Part shown: positions 50,423-60,136 of the stretch, piece after piece
Position numbering within the stretch: position 1 is the stretch's first letter
Layout of the letters: the number at the start of each line of letters is the position of its first letter
DNA from: Deltaproteobacteria bacterium
GTDB taxonomy: Bacteria; Myxococcota_A; Polyangia; Polyangiales; Houyiibacteriaceae
Direction of reading: 5' to 3'
Assembly: GCA_034670305.1 (NCBI GenBank)
Contig: JAXMNT010000006.1
Span: 32,001-96,000 of the forward strand
Length of the DNA stretch: 64,000 bases
Translations under genes and position numbers: made by a program
The notes under the pieces: generated by a model
Told to the model about the DNA's origin: nothing
Databases searched by the model: none
Seen by the model: only the letters and a program-made list of their open reading frames with translations

Positions 50423-51379
50423 CTAGCGGGTGTGGCCGCTCGCCATCGCGGCGGGCGGGAAGGGCGCGCGTTCGACCGCGCGTTCACCAAGCGTGTCCGC
50501 GAACGGACCGATGGCGGTGACGATCGCGCCGACCCGTTCGCGTTTCATGCCGGTCGCAGTGAGCCGTTCGGCCACCTCGTCCACATTCGCGAGCGCGCCT
50601 TCGCACAGACCCACGAGCGCGGCGGAGGCGGCGCAGGTGTCGGCGGCGCTCCCGAGCACAATCGCGTGTTCACCGAGCAGCTCGCGCCACTGGGCACCAC
50701 ACCGTCCCGCGCGGCGTTCGTCCGGAATGAGGAAGAACGGTTCGAAGCTGACCTGCAGCTCCGCGATGACGTCTTCGATCGGCATGTCGTCGCCCAGCGC
50801 GTCGCCGATGAGGCCGTCCACTTGAGACCGGGCGATGCGCGGGTAGGGGTGCTCGTCGCCGGTCATGAAGAAGTAGCCACGCTTCTTGCGCTTCTCCCAA
50901 CAGTCCATCGCCGTGTGCCGCGCCGCGAAGTACATGCCGAGCTCGTACGACTCCTGGAAGGTGCCGCCCCCGCCGCCCTCGAGAAAACTCCAGGTCAGCC
51001 ACTGGTCCATCAGCTCCGCTTCGGACTCGAACTGACCGACCTGCAGCGGCGCCCGATCGCTGTTCGCATCGCCGACGGCCATGAAGAGCACCTGCGGGCT
51101 CGCGATGCCGCAATCGAGCAGGAGCTTCATGAAGGTCGGAAGCTCCTTGCGCGCCAACAGATCCGGGATGTTGCCCATGGAGCCGGTGACATCGAGCGCG
51201 AACACGAGCCCGAGGCTGTTCGGATGTTCGTCGCTGTCGCGGCACTCCCGCACCCGCACCCCTTTGGGGTTCATCAGCGGATGGCAGGAGCGCTGCTTGA
51301 AGACCTCTTCGCGCGCGGTGTGCGCCCGGCCCGTCGTGAGCTTGTGGTGCGCATCAAAACTGTAACTTCCATATCCCAT
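50423..51379 (-). CDS. von Willebrand factor A (MIDAS) domain protein
   Basis: FALDVTGSMG, QVGQFES, EGGGGG...ESYE, FMTGDE; GAGG RBS before MGYGSYS. Confidence 0.85.
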   Translation of the reverse strand: MGYGSYSFDAHHKLTTGRAHTAREEVFKQRSCHPLMNPKGVRVRECRDSDEHPNSLGLVFALDVTGSMGNIPDLLARKELPTFMKLLLDCGIASPQVLFMAVGDANSDRAPLQVGQFESEAELMDQWLTWSFLEGGGGGTFQESYELGMYFAARHTAMDCWEKRKKRGYFFMTGDEHPYPRIARSQVDGLIGDALGDDMPIEDVIAELQVSFEPFFLIPDERRAGRCGAQWRELLGEHAIVLGSAADTCAASAALVGLCEGALANVDEVAERLTATGMKRERVGAIVTAIGPFADTLGERAVERAPFPPAAMASGHTR

Positions 51380-51416
51380 GGCAACCTCGCTTTCGTTCTC
51401 TCGGTGGTGGGGTTCC

Positions 51417-52448
51417 CTACGCGTGCTTGCGTGATGCAGGCAGAACGAAAGGAACGAACTTGGGTGGTCCCCAGACCGCCTCGGCGGCCTTCGAGACTTG
51501 GTCTTTGAGGGCCCATGCGTCGTCGGTCGGCGGGCGGTCTGCGCAGGTCTCGAGCAGCTTCCGGACCGGCGCCGGAGCGCGCGCGCCATGGGTGAGCCAG
51601 AGGAGGGTGCGAGCCAGCATCGCCAGATCGAGCGCGGGCTCGGGCGGCTTGGTCGCGGCGGTGGGGTAGAGCGCGGCGAAGCGCGTGCTCCGGGCCGGCA
51701 AGAGGGAGCGGGTGCGACCAAGCCGCCAGGTCGTCGCGCCCCATCCGAGCAGCACCACCGCGTGCGCGTCGGGGCGCACGAGCAGATGCGGTGGCAGCAC
51801 CGTGCCGTGCACGACGCCCGCACGGTGCAGCCAGCCCAGCATGTCGAGCACCCGCTTCCACATCCAGACCGCGTGGCGGGGATCCACCCCGCGCGGGAAC
51901 GCATTTCGGATGTCACAGGCCGTGGCTTCGAACCCAGCGCGGAATCGAAACGCCGTCGCCAGCGGACCGCCCGACCGGACCTTGCCGGGCGTGCGCGATC
52001 CCGCCGCGTCGTGCAGCCGGAGCGCCCCGTGGGCGATGGGTTCTGGGAGCAGTCGTCGGAAGAACTCGGCGCCTTCGGTCTCGGATGCGCGGAGCTCGCG
52101 GACCACCCGGACTTCCCGCGCGAGCAGGTCGGCGTCCGCTTCCGCGCGCAACACCTTCAAAGCCACCCGCTGGGTCAGCCGCGTGTCTCGGTGGGCGAGA
52201 AACACATCGCTCGAGTCGCCGCGGCCGAGCCGACCGTCGATCACGTAGACGTGTTTGCCGAGACCGCAGCGCGGTTTGCCGGCGTCTTCTTTGCGGCCCG
52301 CCCAGGGCGGCACGACCACAGGGCGCAGCCGCCAGGCGTCCGGGACGTCCACGACCACGTGGTCACAGAAGGCGCAGACGAGCGCCGTGGCGCGGGTCGG
52401 AGGGAGGGGCGCGGTGCACTTGGGACAGGTGAGGGCGGTGAGGGCCAT
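51417..52448 (-). CDS. Zn-ribbon + atypical (pseudo)protein-kinase-like protein
   Basis: CPKC...CAFC; LGRGDSSDVF Gly loop, VALKV, LAREVR; HGTVLPPH in place of HRDxKPxN; LLGW in place of DFG. Confidence 0.75.
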   Translation of the reverse strand: MALTALTCPKCTAPLPPTRATALVCAFCDHVVVDVPDAWRLRPVVVPPWAGRKEDAGKPRCGLGKHVYVIDGRLGRGDSSDVFLAHRDTRLTQRVALKVLRAEADADLLAREVRVVRELRASETEGAEFFRRLLPEPIAHGALRLHDAAGSRTPGKVRSGGPLATAFRFRAGFEATACDIRNAFPRGVDPRHAVWMWKRVLDMLGWLHRAGVVHGTVLPPHLLVRPDAHAVVLLGWGATTWRLGRTRSLLPARSTRFAALYPTAATKPPEPALDLAMLARTLLWLTHGARAPAPVRKLLETCADRPPTDDAWALKDQVSKAAEAVWGPPKFVPFVLPASRKHA

Positions 52449-52572
52449 GGCTTCGTGTGACAACTACACTAAGCAGCGGCGCGGGGCCGTCAAGACGGCT
52501 GGGGCGAATTAAGTGTCTTTTGGACACGAAGTCGGAGGGCCCTGCAATACAGGGTGGAAACTGCGGATCTCA

Positions 52573-52882
52573 GGCCGAAGCCGAAGCCGATGCCGACGCC
52601 GACGCCGACGCCGATGCCGATGCCGAAGCCGATGCCGACGCCGATGCCGAAGCCGACGCCGACGCCGAAGCCGAAGCCGAAGCCGAAGCCGAAGCCGACG
52701 CCGAATCCGAATCCGAAGCCGACGCCGAATCCGAAGCCGAAGCCGACGCCGAAGCCGAAGCCGAAGCCGACGCCGAAGCCGATGCCGATGCCGGCTGTGT
52801 CCGACTCCGACTCCGAAGGAGAGGATGTGCGGTTCCCGTGCCCGTGCCCGTGCCCGTGCCCGTGCCCGTGCCCGTGGCCGTG
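52573..52882. repeat. (GCCGAA/GCCGAC/GCCGAT)n array followed by (CCCGTG)7
   Basis: Read directly upstream of the kinase-like gene. Confidence 0.9.
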
Positions 52883-52895
52883 GTTCGAACGATCG

Positions 52896-54431
52896 TCAGG
52901 TTCGGCGGCGGAGCCAGAGCAGGGCGGCGAAGCCGAGTACGGGAAGCGGGCTGCCGGAGGACGACTGGGTTCGGCAGCTGCAGCCGCCGTCGGCGAGCCC
53001 GGTTCCCGCGTCCACCACACCGGCGTCCAAGGTGCCGCCGTCAGCGCTGCGACCCGCATCCGGATCGGTGCCAGCGTCCGTGCCCGGTCCCGCGTCTGCG
53101 TCTCCCACCGCGTCGAAGGTCAGCTCGAGTTCGAACGGGTCGATGTCCGAGTCGTAGGCGTCGAGGAAGAGGTGGTAGGTGCCGGTGGGCAAGGTCGCGG
53201 TGATGCGGGAGCCGCGATCAGTGTCGACGTCGATGTCGTCGTGGCAGTCGACTTCGCGCCCGTCGCAGCCTTCCCGCAGGTACAAGAGCGAGTCGAAGCC
53301 GCGGCTGCGCGCGACGAACCGGGTCGTGGACGAGAGCGTGAACTGGAACACGCGGTCGGGTCCGAGCCCACCACAGCTGCCCATCGCATCGGGGCCGTAC
53401 CCAACCAAGGTGCCGCTCACCGTTTGGTCGACCGCGTCGAGCGTCTCGGCCGCCTCGCAGCGATCGCCGAGGAGCGGTTCGACGCATGGCCCGTCGCATC
53501 CACACAGCTCGGAGTCCACGCCGGGCGTCGCGCACAACGCCTCGAGCGCAGGCCGCACGTAGGTGAGTCCTTCGCCGTCGTCTTCCGGCGGCGGATCGAT
53601 GACGTTGATCACGTTGCAGCCGCCCGCGTCGACGTAGTCGGTCTCGCCTCCGCGCAAGAGCGCGACGAGGTTGCCTTCGAGGTCGAACACCCCGGAGCCG
53701 GAGTTGCCATTGAACGCGTCGACCGACGCCGTCAGCCACGACGCGTCGCCGCTCGTCCACGTGACCTCGCCGGTCGTGTCGATCTTCATCGGGATGCCGT
53801 TGGGATGTCCGATGAGCGCGAGCGCTGTTCCGTCCGCCAGTCCGCTCGGCAAGAGCCGCACCGTCGCCGGCGTGTGGCCGACCACGGGCCGGTCGAGCTC
53901 CACGATCGCGTGGTCGACCCGGTCGTCGTCGAAGTACGCGAGCACCCGCGCGCAGCGGTAGACGTCGTCGGCGCCGAGGTCGACGAGTGCGCCATCCGCC
54001 ACGTAGCGCCAGCCGAAGATCCACACGCTCTCGCTGCAGTCGCTCGGCGTGTCCATGCAGTGTCCGGCGGTCAGCAGGTAGCGGTCGTCGATCAACGTGC
54101 CCGAACAGGTGCCGGGTTCGAGCTGCTCCCGAAACGCCACGCCCTCACACAGCGACTGCGCTTCGGCTAACGTGCGCGTGTAGTCGATGCCCACGACCGC
54201 GCCGGACTCGTCGAGGTTGTCCGGATCGATCTTCATCGCCACCGACTCGGCCGCCACCGACCTCAGTACTGCGCTCGGATGCGCGAACACTTCCGTGCGC
54301 CCATCGGTCTCGTACACCACCGGCTGTGCGATCGCCCCCGTGGGCTCGGGACCGCAGCCCATCCAGAGAAGGGCGGCGCACACCAAGCCGGCTCCGGCGC
54401 TTGCAGACATCCGACCGCGAGATGCGTCCAT
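52896..54431 (-). CDS. Secreted trypsin-like serine protease with PPC-like domain and MYXO-CTERM-type tail
   Basis: LTAGHC, VDHAIV, GNSGSG catalytic triad; lipobox-like WMGC; GGCSC...hydrophobic...RRRT C-terminus. Confidence 0.9.
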   Translation of the reverse strand: MDASRGRMSASAGAGLVCAALLWMGCGPEPTGAIAQPVVYETDGRTEVFAHPSAVLRSVAAESVAMKIDPDNLDESGAVVGIDYTRTLAEAQSLCEGVAFREQLEPGTCSGTLIDDRYLLTAGHCMDTPSDCSESVWIFGWRYVADGALVDLGADDVYRCARVLAYFDDDRVDHAIVELDRPVVGHTPATVRLLPSGLADGTALALIGHPNGIPMKIDTTGEVTWTSGDASWLTASVDAFNGNSGSGVFDLEGNLVALLRGGETDYVDAGGCNVINVIDPPPEDDGEGLTYVRPALEALCATPGVDSELCGCDGPCVEPLLGDRCEAAETLDAVDQTVSGTLVGYGPDAMGSCGGLGPDRVFQFTLSSTTRFVARSRGFDSLLYLREGCDGREVDCHDDIDVDTDRGSRITATLPTGTYHLFLDAYDSDIDPFELELTFDAVGDADAGPGTDAGTDPDAGRSADGGTLDAGVVDAGTGLADGGCSCRTQSSSGSPLPVLGFAALLWLRRRT

Positions 54432-54535
54432 GGGCCCACGCTACCGCGACCTCCGGGTCTTGCCTACGCGTCTCGCGCCGCCGCTGTCGCGGCTTCGACC
54501 GTCGCGCTTTGCGCGCAGCCTGCTACACGCTGCCG

Positions 54536-55402
54536 ATGATCCGACTGATTCTCACGCACCCGGGCGGCGCCCACAAAGACGACCTACTCGCGGTGTGCGT
54601 CTTGATCGCCGAACACAACGCGCCCGTCGTCCGACGCGACCCGACCGAAGCCGAACTCGCGGACGCAAGCGTCGCCATTGTCGACGTCGGCGGCAGCCAC
54701 GACCCCGCGCTGAACAACTTCGACCACCACCACTTCCCGCGCGAACACGCGCCGACCTGCGCGCTGAGCTTGGTGCTCGACGGCATGGGCCTGTACCAAG
54801 ACGCGCTTCATTTCTGCGACTGGCTCGAACCCGCAGAGTGGTTCGACTCGCGCGGACCGAAGAAGACCGCCGAATGGCTGGGCGTGCCCCGCCGCGCGAT
54901 CTCCCAGCTGAACTCACCGATCGACATCACGCTCTTGCGCCGGTTCGCGCAAAAGTCGGAACTCGGCACGGACGATCCGCTCTACGCGTTCATGCGCTTC
55001 GTCGGCGAAGACTTGCTCGGCTACCTGAAGGTGGCGCGCACCCGCATCGACTTCGTCACCGAGCACAGCGCCCGCTGGTCGATCGCACACGGCGACGAGA
55101 CGATCGAAGCGGTGTACCTGCCCCGCACCGATCCGCCGGCCGACGAGCCGAGCACCGCCGTCGGCAACTTCATTCGCGCCGAGGGACTGGCCGACACCGT
55201 CGCCGCCATCGTGTATCCAGATCGCCGGGGTGACGGCTTCGGCATCGGCCGCTACGAAGACCACAAGCAGCTCGATTTCTCCCGGTGCGAGGGCGAACCC
55301 GACGTGCATTTCGCCCACAAGAGCGGCTTCATGCTCAAGACGAGCGCGACCGCCCCCGAACGATTGCAGGCGTTGATCCGCATGGCGTGGATCCCCGCGT
55401 GA
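54536..55402 (+). CDS. MYG1-like (DHH superfamily) metal-dependent hydrolase/nuclease
   Basis: LTHPGGAHKDD, IVDVGG, NFDHHHF, FAHKSGF. Confidence 0.8.
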   Translation: MIRLILTHPGGAHKDDLLAVCVLIAEHNAPVVRRDPTEAELADASVAIVDVGGSHDPALNNFDHHHFPREHAPTCALSLVLDGMGLYQDALHFCDWLEPAEWFDSRGPKKTAEWLGVPRRAISQLNSPIDITLLRRFAQKSELGTDDPLYAFMRFVGEDLLGYLKVARTRIDFVTEHSARWSIAHGDETIEAVYLPRTDPPADEPSTAVGNFIRAEGLADTVAAIVYPDRRGDGFGIGRYEDHKQLDFSRCEGEPDVHFAHKSGFMLKTSATAPERLQALIRMAWIPA

Positions 55403-55468
55403 CTTCCGTCGCGGCCGCGCGTCGAGCCCGCCTCGTGACTTCGTCGCGCGCCGCGTGACTTCGTCGCG
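55398..55468 (+). repeat. Three direct repeats CGTGACTT(C)CGTCGCG
   Basis: Copies at 55398, 55434 and 55454. Confidence 0.75.
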
Positions 55469-55480
55469 GTAGGCTAGGGC

Positions 55481-56197
55481 GTGGACCGGATCGCACCGAC
55501 AAAGCGCCCGGAGGGAAAGAACGCCGGCACTCAGAACTGGCGCGAGCTCTTGTTCCTCCATTGGCGTGTGCCCACCGAGGCGATGCGCGCGGTCGTGCCG
55601 GCGCCGCTCTCCCTCGACCTCTGGGACGGCGCCGCGTGGATCGGCCTCGTCCCGTTCCTCATGCGCGACGTGCGTCCCTCGTGGTGGCCATCGGCGTTCG
55701 CGTTCAACTTCCTCGAGTGCAACCTGCGCACCTACGTGCACGTCGACGGAGTGCCGGGCGTCTACTTCTTCTCGCTCGAGGCGAGTTCGTTCCTCGCGGT
55801 GAAGGCCGCGCGCATCGGGTGGGGGTTGCCCTACCACCACGCCGAGATGGCCCATCGCCGCGATGGACAGAGCGCCCACTTCGAGACCACCCGCCGCGCG
55901 GACGGCACCCGCTTCGCGGTCGACTACGACGTCGGCGAACCGCTCGGTCCCTCGGCGCCGGGCACACTCGAACACTTCTTCTTGGAGCGGTACCTCCTGT
56001 ACTCGGAGAAGGGCGGCCGCCTCGTGCGCGGGCAAGTGCACCACCCGCCGTACCCCGCGCACGCCGCCACCGTGCGATCCTGGGAGGACGGTCTGGTGCC
56101 CGCGATCGGCTTGCCAGCGCTCGAAGGCGAACCCGAGCTCGTGCATTTCGCGCCCGGGGTCGACGTCGAGGTGTTCGACCCCAGGCCTCTCGAATAG
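55481..56197 (+). CDS. DUF2071 (YqjF) family protein
   Basis: QNWRELLFLHW, WIGLVPF, FLECNLRTYV, GVYFFSLEA, FFLERY. Confidence 0.92.
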   Translation: MDRIAPTKRPEGKNAGTQNWRELLFLHWRVPTEAMRAVVPAPLSLDLWDGAAWIGLVPFLMRDVRPSWWPSAFAFNFLECNLRTYVHVDGVPGVYFFSLEASSFLAVKAARIGWGLPYHHAEMAHRRDGQSAHFETTRRADGTRFAVDYDVGEPLGPSAPGTLEHFFLERYLLYSEKGGRLVRGQVHHPPYPAHAATVRSWEDGLVPAIGLPALEGEPELVHFAPGVDVEVFDPRPLE

Positions 56198-56366
56198 CGG
56201 CTGCGAACATCACGGCACAGGCGTGAACCGGAGGTCACGTGCGGGGTCGCGTACTCCGCAAAAACACTGCTCGAACACCACGAAATGCACTGCGTTTCGA
56301 CCGGACGACACCGCAGCGCGGCGCGGCACGGTTGGTGCTTTGGCGGGCTGCCAGGAGGTACATGCG

Positions 56367-56891
56367 ATGGGTTCGAAATGGATGGTGGGCAATGCGCTCT
56401 TGGGTGCGCTGGCACTCTTGGGCTGCGGAAGCGATGGGTTGTCGGAGACGGAGGTGACCAACATTCCACCCGGCGACGCCGTCGGCATGGAGCACTCGGG
56501 CATGTACGAACTCGAGGCGGTCACGGTGGCCTGCGCAGGCTCCTGTGCGCCGGTGAACGCGTTCGGGCTCATCATCTCGCCCTGCGACGTCGGTGACCGG
56601 AACACCGAGTTCGCGGAGATCGTCCAGGTCGACGGTTCGCTTCAGGTCGACCTCGAAGACGTGCTCTGGGCGAGCCGGCTCGAGGGCGGCGTCTGGAACG
56701 ATGGCTCGTTCGAAGTGGGCGGCGTCAAGACCGAACTCGGCGGGCAGATCCGGTTCATCGCGCACTCCACCGGCGTGCTCTCCGGCGGGACCTGGACAAG
56801 CGATCTCGAGCTGCGCAGCGTCGGCACGATCGACGACCAGAGCCGCGACTGCACCGCGACGGTGGAAGTGACCGGCACCCGGCTCGAGTAG
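56367..56891 (+). CDS. Hypothetical lipoprotein
   Basis: GGAGG RBS; lipobox LLGC; beta-rich mature region. Confidence 0.75.
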   Translation: MGSKWMVGNALLGALALLGCGSDGLSETEVTNIPPGDAVGMEHSGMYELEAVTVACAGSCAPVNAFGLIISPCDVGDRNTEFAEIVQVDGSLQVDLEDVLWASRLEGGVWNDGSFEVGGVKTELGGQIRFIAHSTGVLSGGTWTSDLELRSVGTIDDQSRDCTATVEVTGTRLE

Positions 56892-56945
56892 CGCTGGCGC
56901 GAAACGCGAGCGGACGCGGCGCGCGGGTGTGGTTAGGGTCCCCGG

Positions 56946-57701
56946 ATGGCAAAGCTCAACACTTTGGTCGCAGCGCTTCCCGACGACGACGCGCCTGCGC
57001 TCTACGCCCTGATGGCGGAACAGACGATCGACGCGATCGGAACCTTCCACAACTTCGCGATCTCCCTGATGCAGGACCGCCCACTGGTCGCGATGCGGCT
57101 GATGGCGTGGGTCATCGACGCGGGTCCGGAGCCTTCTGGATTCGTGGCAAACGAGCCGTACGAGCAGGAGGAACTCCGCCGGCTTCACAACAACGCGACG
57201 TACCTTGCGGTGTTCCACGGCACCCCCGAAGAGCGTCGCGCAATCGTGGAGCGGGCGTTGCTGGTCGCGGCGGAGAACCCGGCCATCTACCACAACGCGG
57301 CGTGCGTCCTCTGCAAGCTCGGCGACGCCCGCGCGGCGATCGAGACCATCCGGGCAGGCGTGGCGAGCGGCTACGACGATGCAACGATCGCTTCCATTCG
57401 CGAGGACGAAGACCTGGCCCTCATCTCAGGCACCGAGGCATTCATGGAGATCCTGGAAGGACGCGGCGAGGTGGTGCTGCCGCCTTGGGCGGAGGGGCTA
57501 TCCACGTACCAGTACACCCAGTTCCGCGAGGCGGTTCGGACGACGCTTGCGGATCCCGACATGTCGGAGTTCGAGGCTGGACGGGTCACCTCGTTCGGCC
57601 AGACCTTCGAGCTGGCCGGGCTCGCCGGCACTTGTCGCGGAATGACCGCGCTCGAGATCACCGTGCAGGTGCACCGCCACCTCCACGGCCAGATGCGCTG
57701 A
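56946..57701 (+). CDS. Hypothetical protein with TPR motif
   Basis: IYHNAACVLCKLGDARAAIETIRAGVASGY...IREDEDLA (TPR end-of-group-like). Confidence 0.75.
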   Translation: MAKLNTLVAALPDDDAPALYALMAEQTIDAIGTFHNFAISLMQDRPLVAMRLMAWVIDAGPEPSGFVANEPYEQEELRRLHNNATYLAVFHGTPEERRAIVERALLVAAENPAIYHNAACVLCKLGDARAAIETIRAGVASGYDDATIASIREDEDLALISGTEAFMEILEGRGEVVLPPWAEGLSTYQYTQFREAVRTTLADPDMSEFEAGRVTSFGQTFELAGLAGTCRGMTALEITVQVHRHLHGQMR

Positions 57702-57814
57702 TTGCCCCGCAGTCGCGAGCCGTCGGCCGTCGGCGGCGGTCGGGTTTCGAAAGCACGCGTCCCATCGGCAGCCCGAGACGTTGACCGAGGGCGGCGTCGA
57801 GCCATGAAGACGTC

Positions 57815-58237
57815 ATGCACAAGCTGAAATCCGCGGCGCTCGGGCTGCTCTCGGCGGCGATGATCGCCGTGGGTGTTCTGCACTTCGTCGACCCCCAGCC
57901 GTTCGTTCGCATCGTGCCGTCCTGGTTCGTCGGCACGGGCCCGAACGCGGAGACCTACGCGCTCTGGCTCGTCTGGATCAGCGGCGTCGCTGAGGTCGCC
58001 GGCGGCGTCGGCGTGCTCGTCCCCCGCACCCGGCGCGCGGCCGCGTGGGGTCTCATCGCGCTCTACCTCGCGGTGTTCCCCGCGAACATCTACATGGCGG
58101 TCGAGCAGATCCAGCTCGACCCCGAACACCCGATGCCGAGCTGGCTCTTCTGGGTGCGCCTCCCCTTCCAGGCCCTCTTCATCGCGTGGGCCTACTGGTT
58201 CACCCGCCCCGAACCGAACCCGCCGCCAGCTCGGTAG
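57815..58237 (+). CDS. DoxX-like membrane protein
   Basis: GVLHF, SGVAEVAGG, VFPANIYMA, RLPFQ. Confidence 0.9.
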   Translation: MHKLKSAALGLLSAAMIAVGVLHFVDPQPFVRIVPSWFVGTGPNAETYALWLVWISGVAEVAGGVGVLVPRTRRAAAWGLIALYLAVFPANIYMAVEQIQLDPEHPMPSWLFWVRLPFQALFIAWAYWFTRPEPNPPPAR

Positions 58238-58270
58238 CGGTGGAGCTGTCTTCGATCGTAGCGTGTGCCG

Positions 58271-59215
58271 ATGTACGTCTGTCTCATCGAGGGCGGTGCG
58301 CGCTTGGCAACGAGCGACGCGAAACGAATCGTGTTGTGGGATCTGAGCGCAGCCGCGCCGGTCCAGATCGCGGAGGTCGCACAGGAGGGACAGATCCCCT
58401 TCTTCACGCGGTCACCAGCGGGCGAACGATTGACGGTGGCCGCGGGTCTCATCGCCCGCAGCTACACTCCGCTCGGATCCAAGCACTGGACGAGCGTGCC
58501 GTCGCACGTGGGCATCTACCGCGACACGGACCTCACCGAGGTCGTCCAACTCGAACTCGGGGTGCGCCTCGATCATGAGACGCTGGCGCTCTCGCCCGAC
58601 GGGTCGGCCCTGGTGTCGACACTCCGCGGAGCCGGGCCCATCGCATTCGACGCGAAGACGGGGGCCGAGTTGTGGCGCGTCGAAGGCAGCATCGGCTCCG
58701 GCGCGAGTTGGTCCTCGAATGGCCTGGTCGCCGCGGGCTCGACCGACCAAGGACCCGGCGAACTGTTCCTGGTGGACGTCGAAGATCGAACGAAGCGGTC
58801 GCTCCCCAAGCCCTCCTCGAAAGCACCACTCTACGACGCGCCCTTTCGTTCGGTGTTCAGCAAGGACGGGTCGGTGGTCGCGTTCTCGTGCCAAGCGTGG
58901 GGAAGCGCCGGGGTCACGTTGTACGACACCGAGACCCTCGCCGAACGATGGGCCCACACGCCCCAGGTGGTCGGGGACGAGGAAGCCGAGTTCTGGGACG
59001 CGCCCGAACTCGACTTCGCGTTCGACGACGCGTTGGTCCTGGCCGGACAGCATGGCCGCGTGGACGCCTACCGGACCGCCGACGGATCGGAGCGGACCCA
59101 GCTCGAGTTCGATCCGCCGGACGCGTCCTACTTCGCGGCCGACTCGGACAGGCGCTGCGTTTGGGTGACGCGCAAGGGTCAACCAACCCCCATCCCGATG
59201 CCGAAGGACTGGTAA
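58271..59215 (+). CDS. WD40/PQQ-like beta-propeller protein
   Basis: LALSPDGSAL, DAKTGAELW, VFSKDGSVVA repeats. Confidence 0.75.
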   Translation: MYVCLIEGGARLATSDAKRIVLWDLSAAAPVQIAEVAQEGQIPFFTRSPAGERLTVAAGLIARSYTPLGSKHWTSVPSHVGIYRDTDLTEVVQLELGVRLDHETLALSPDGSALVSTLRGAGPIAFDAKTGAELWRVEGSIGSGASWSSNGLVAAGSTDQGPGELFLVDVEDRTKRSLPKPSSKAPLYDAPFRSVFSKDGSVVAFSCQAWGSAGVTLYDTETLAERWAHTPQVVGDEEAEFWDAPELDFAFDDALVLAGQHGRVDAYRTADGSERTQLEFDPPDASYFAADSDRRCVWVTRKGQPTPIPMPKDW

Positions 59216-59273
59216 CGACCCCGAGGTGCCGTACATGCCGGGACCGTGGGATTGAGTTCGGAGCGCGGAGACC

Positions 59274-60131
59274 TCAGTCGGCGCAGCAGCGGAAGCCGAC
59301 CGCCGGGACCTGTCTGGTTCGCGGCCACGCCAACCTCGCGCCCATCGCGCAGCGGAGGCCGTGTTCGTTGTGTTCGAAGCTTCCGCCCCGAATGCGGCAG
59401 CCGTCTTCGGCTCCGTCGCCTTCGCAACTGTTGTCCCACTCGGCGGCGTTGCCACTCATGTCGTAGACCGCCGCGTAGCCGGCCTCCGGTGAGTGGCAGC
59501 CTTCGGAGCTGCCGACGTCGAGGTAGCCCCAGGTGGTGTGGTCCTCGGCGTCGGCGCCGCGGCAGATGGTCGTGTCGAGGTCGTTGCCGTACGGGTAGTC
59601 GTAGAGGCCGCCCGAAGTGCATGCCGCCTGCCACTCGCTGACCGCTGCATCCGCGTAGGACTCGAACGGGTACTCGGCGCCGTCGCCTACGCCGCCGCAG
59701 AGGCGTTTGCCCGCCGCTTCGCAGAATGCGTTCGCGTCGCACCAGTCGACACACACCACCGGGTACGCCGGGTCCGCGCCGCCGGGCGGCCACTGGCAAC
59801 TGGGCGTGAAGTCGTCGTTCGCCGCGCAGGCGCCGGTCTGGCCCGAGGCGTCGGGCGTCGTCTCGAGCCACGCTTCGTACTGCGCGCGGCTCACCTCGGT
59901 CGTGTCGATGCAGAAACCTTCCGGCATCCGCGCCATCTCGGGTCCGAGGCCGCCCTCGCTCATGCCCGCCGGACATCCGTCGGCGCCGAGTTCGGTCACG
60001 CGGTGGGTGTCGGGATCGGGCCGCAGTTCGTCTGTTTCGGAGGTCTCCGGTTTGAACAAGACATGCAGTACGAGCGCGGCGACCGGAATCAGCGCGAAGC
60101 CCATCAGCAACTGTTTGTGTGATGTACGCAT
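59274..60131 (-). CDS. FGE-sulfatase (SUMF1/EgtB/PvdO) domain protein
   Basis: FCIDTTEV, YPVVCVDWCDANAFC, YPYGN, DMSGNAAEW, RGGSF, VGFRCC. Confidence 0.9.
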   Translation of the reverse strand: MRTSHKQLLMGFALIPVAALVLHVLFKPETSETDELRPDPDTHRVTELGADGCPAGMSEGGLGPEMARMPEGFCIDTTEVSRAQYEAWLETTPDASGQTGACAANDDFTPSCQWPPGGADPAYPVVCVDWCDANAFCEAAGKRLCGGVGDGAEYPFESYADAAVSEWQAACTSGGLYDYPYGNDLDTTICRGADAEDHTTWGYLDVGSSEGCHSPEAGYAAVYDMSGNAAEWDNSCEGDGAEDGCRIRGGSFEHNEHGLRCAMGARLAWPRTRQVPAVGFRCCAD

Positions 60132-60136
60132 CTTGT

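Noticed and set aside
52457-53203. Low-complexity ORFs (AEAEAD, PKPKP, RSRSR, GFGFG, HGHGH)
   Set aside because: All frames are open only because the hexamer arrays lack stop codons; the same applies to the other arrays.
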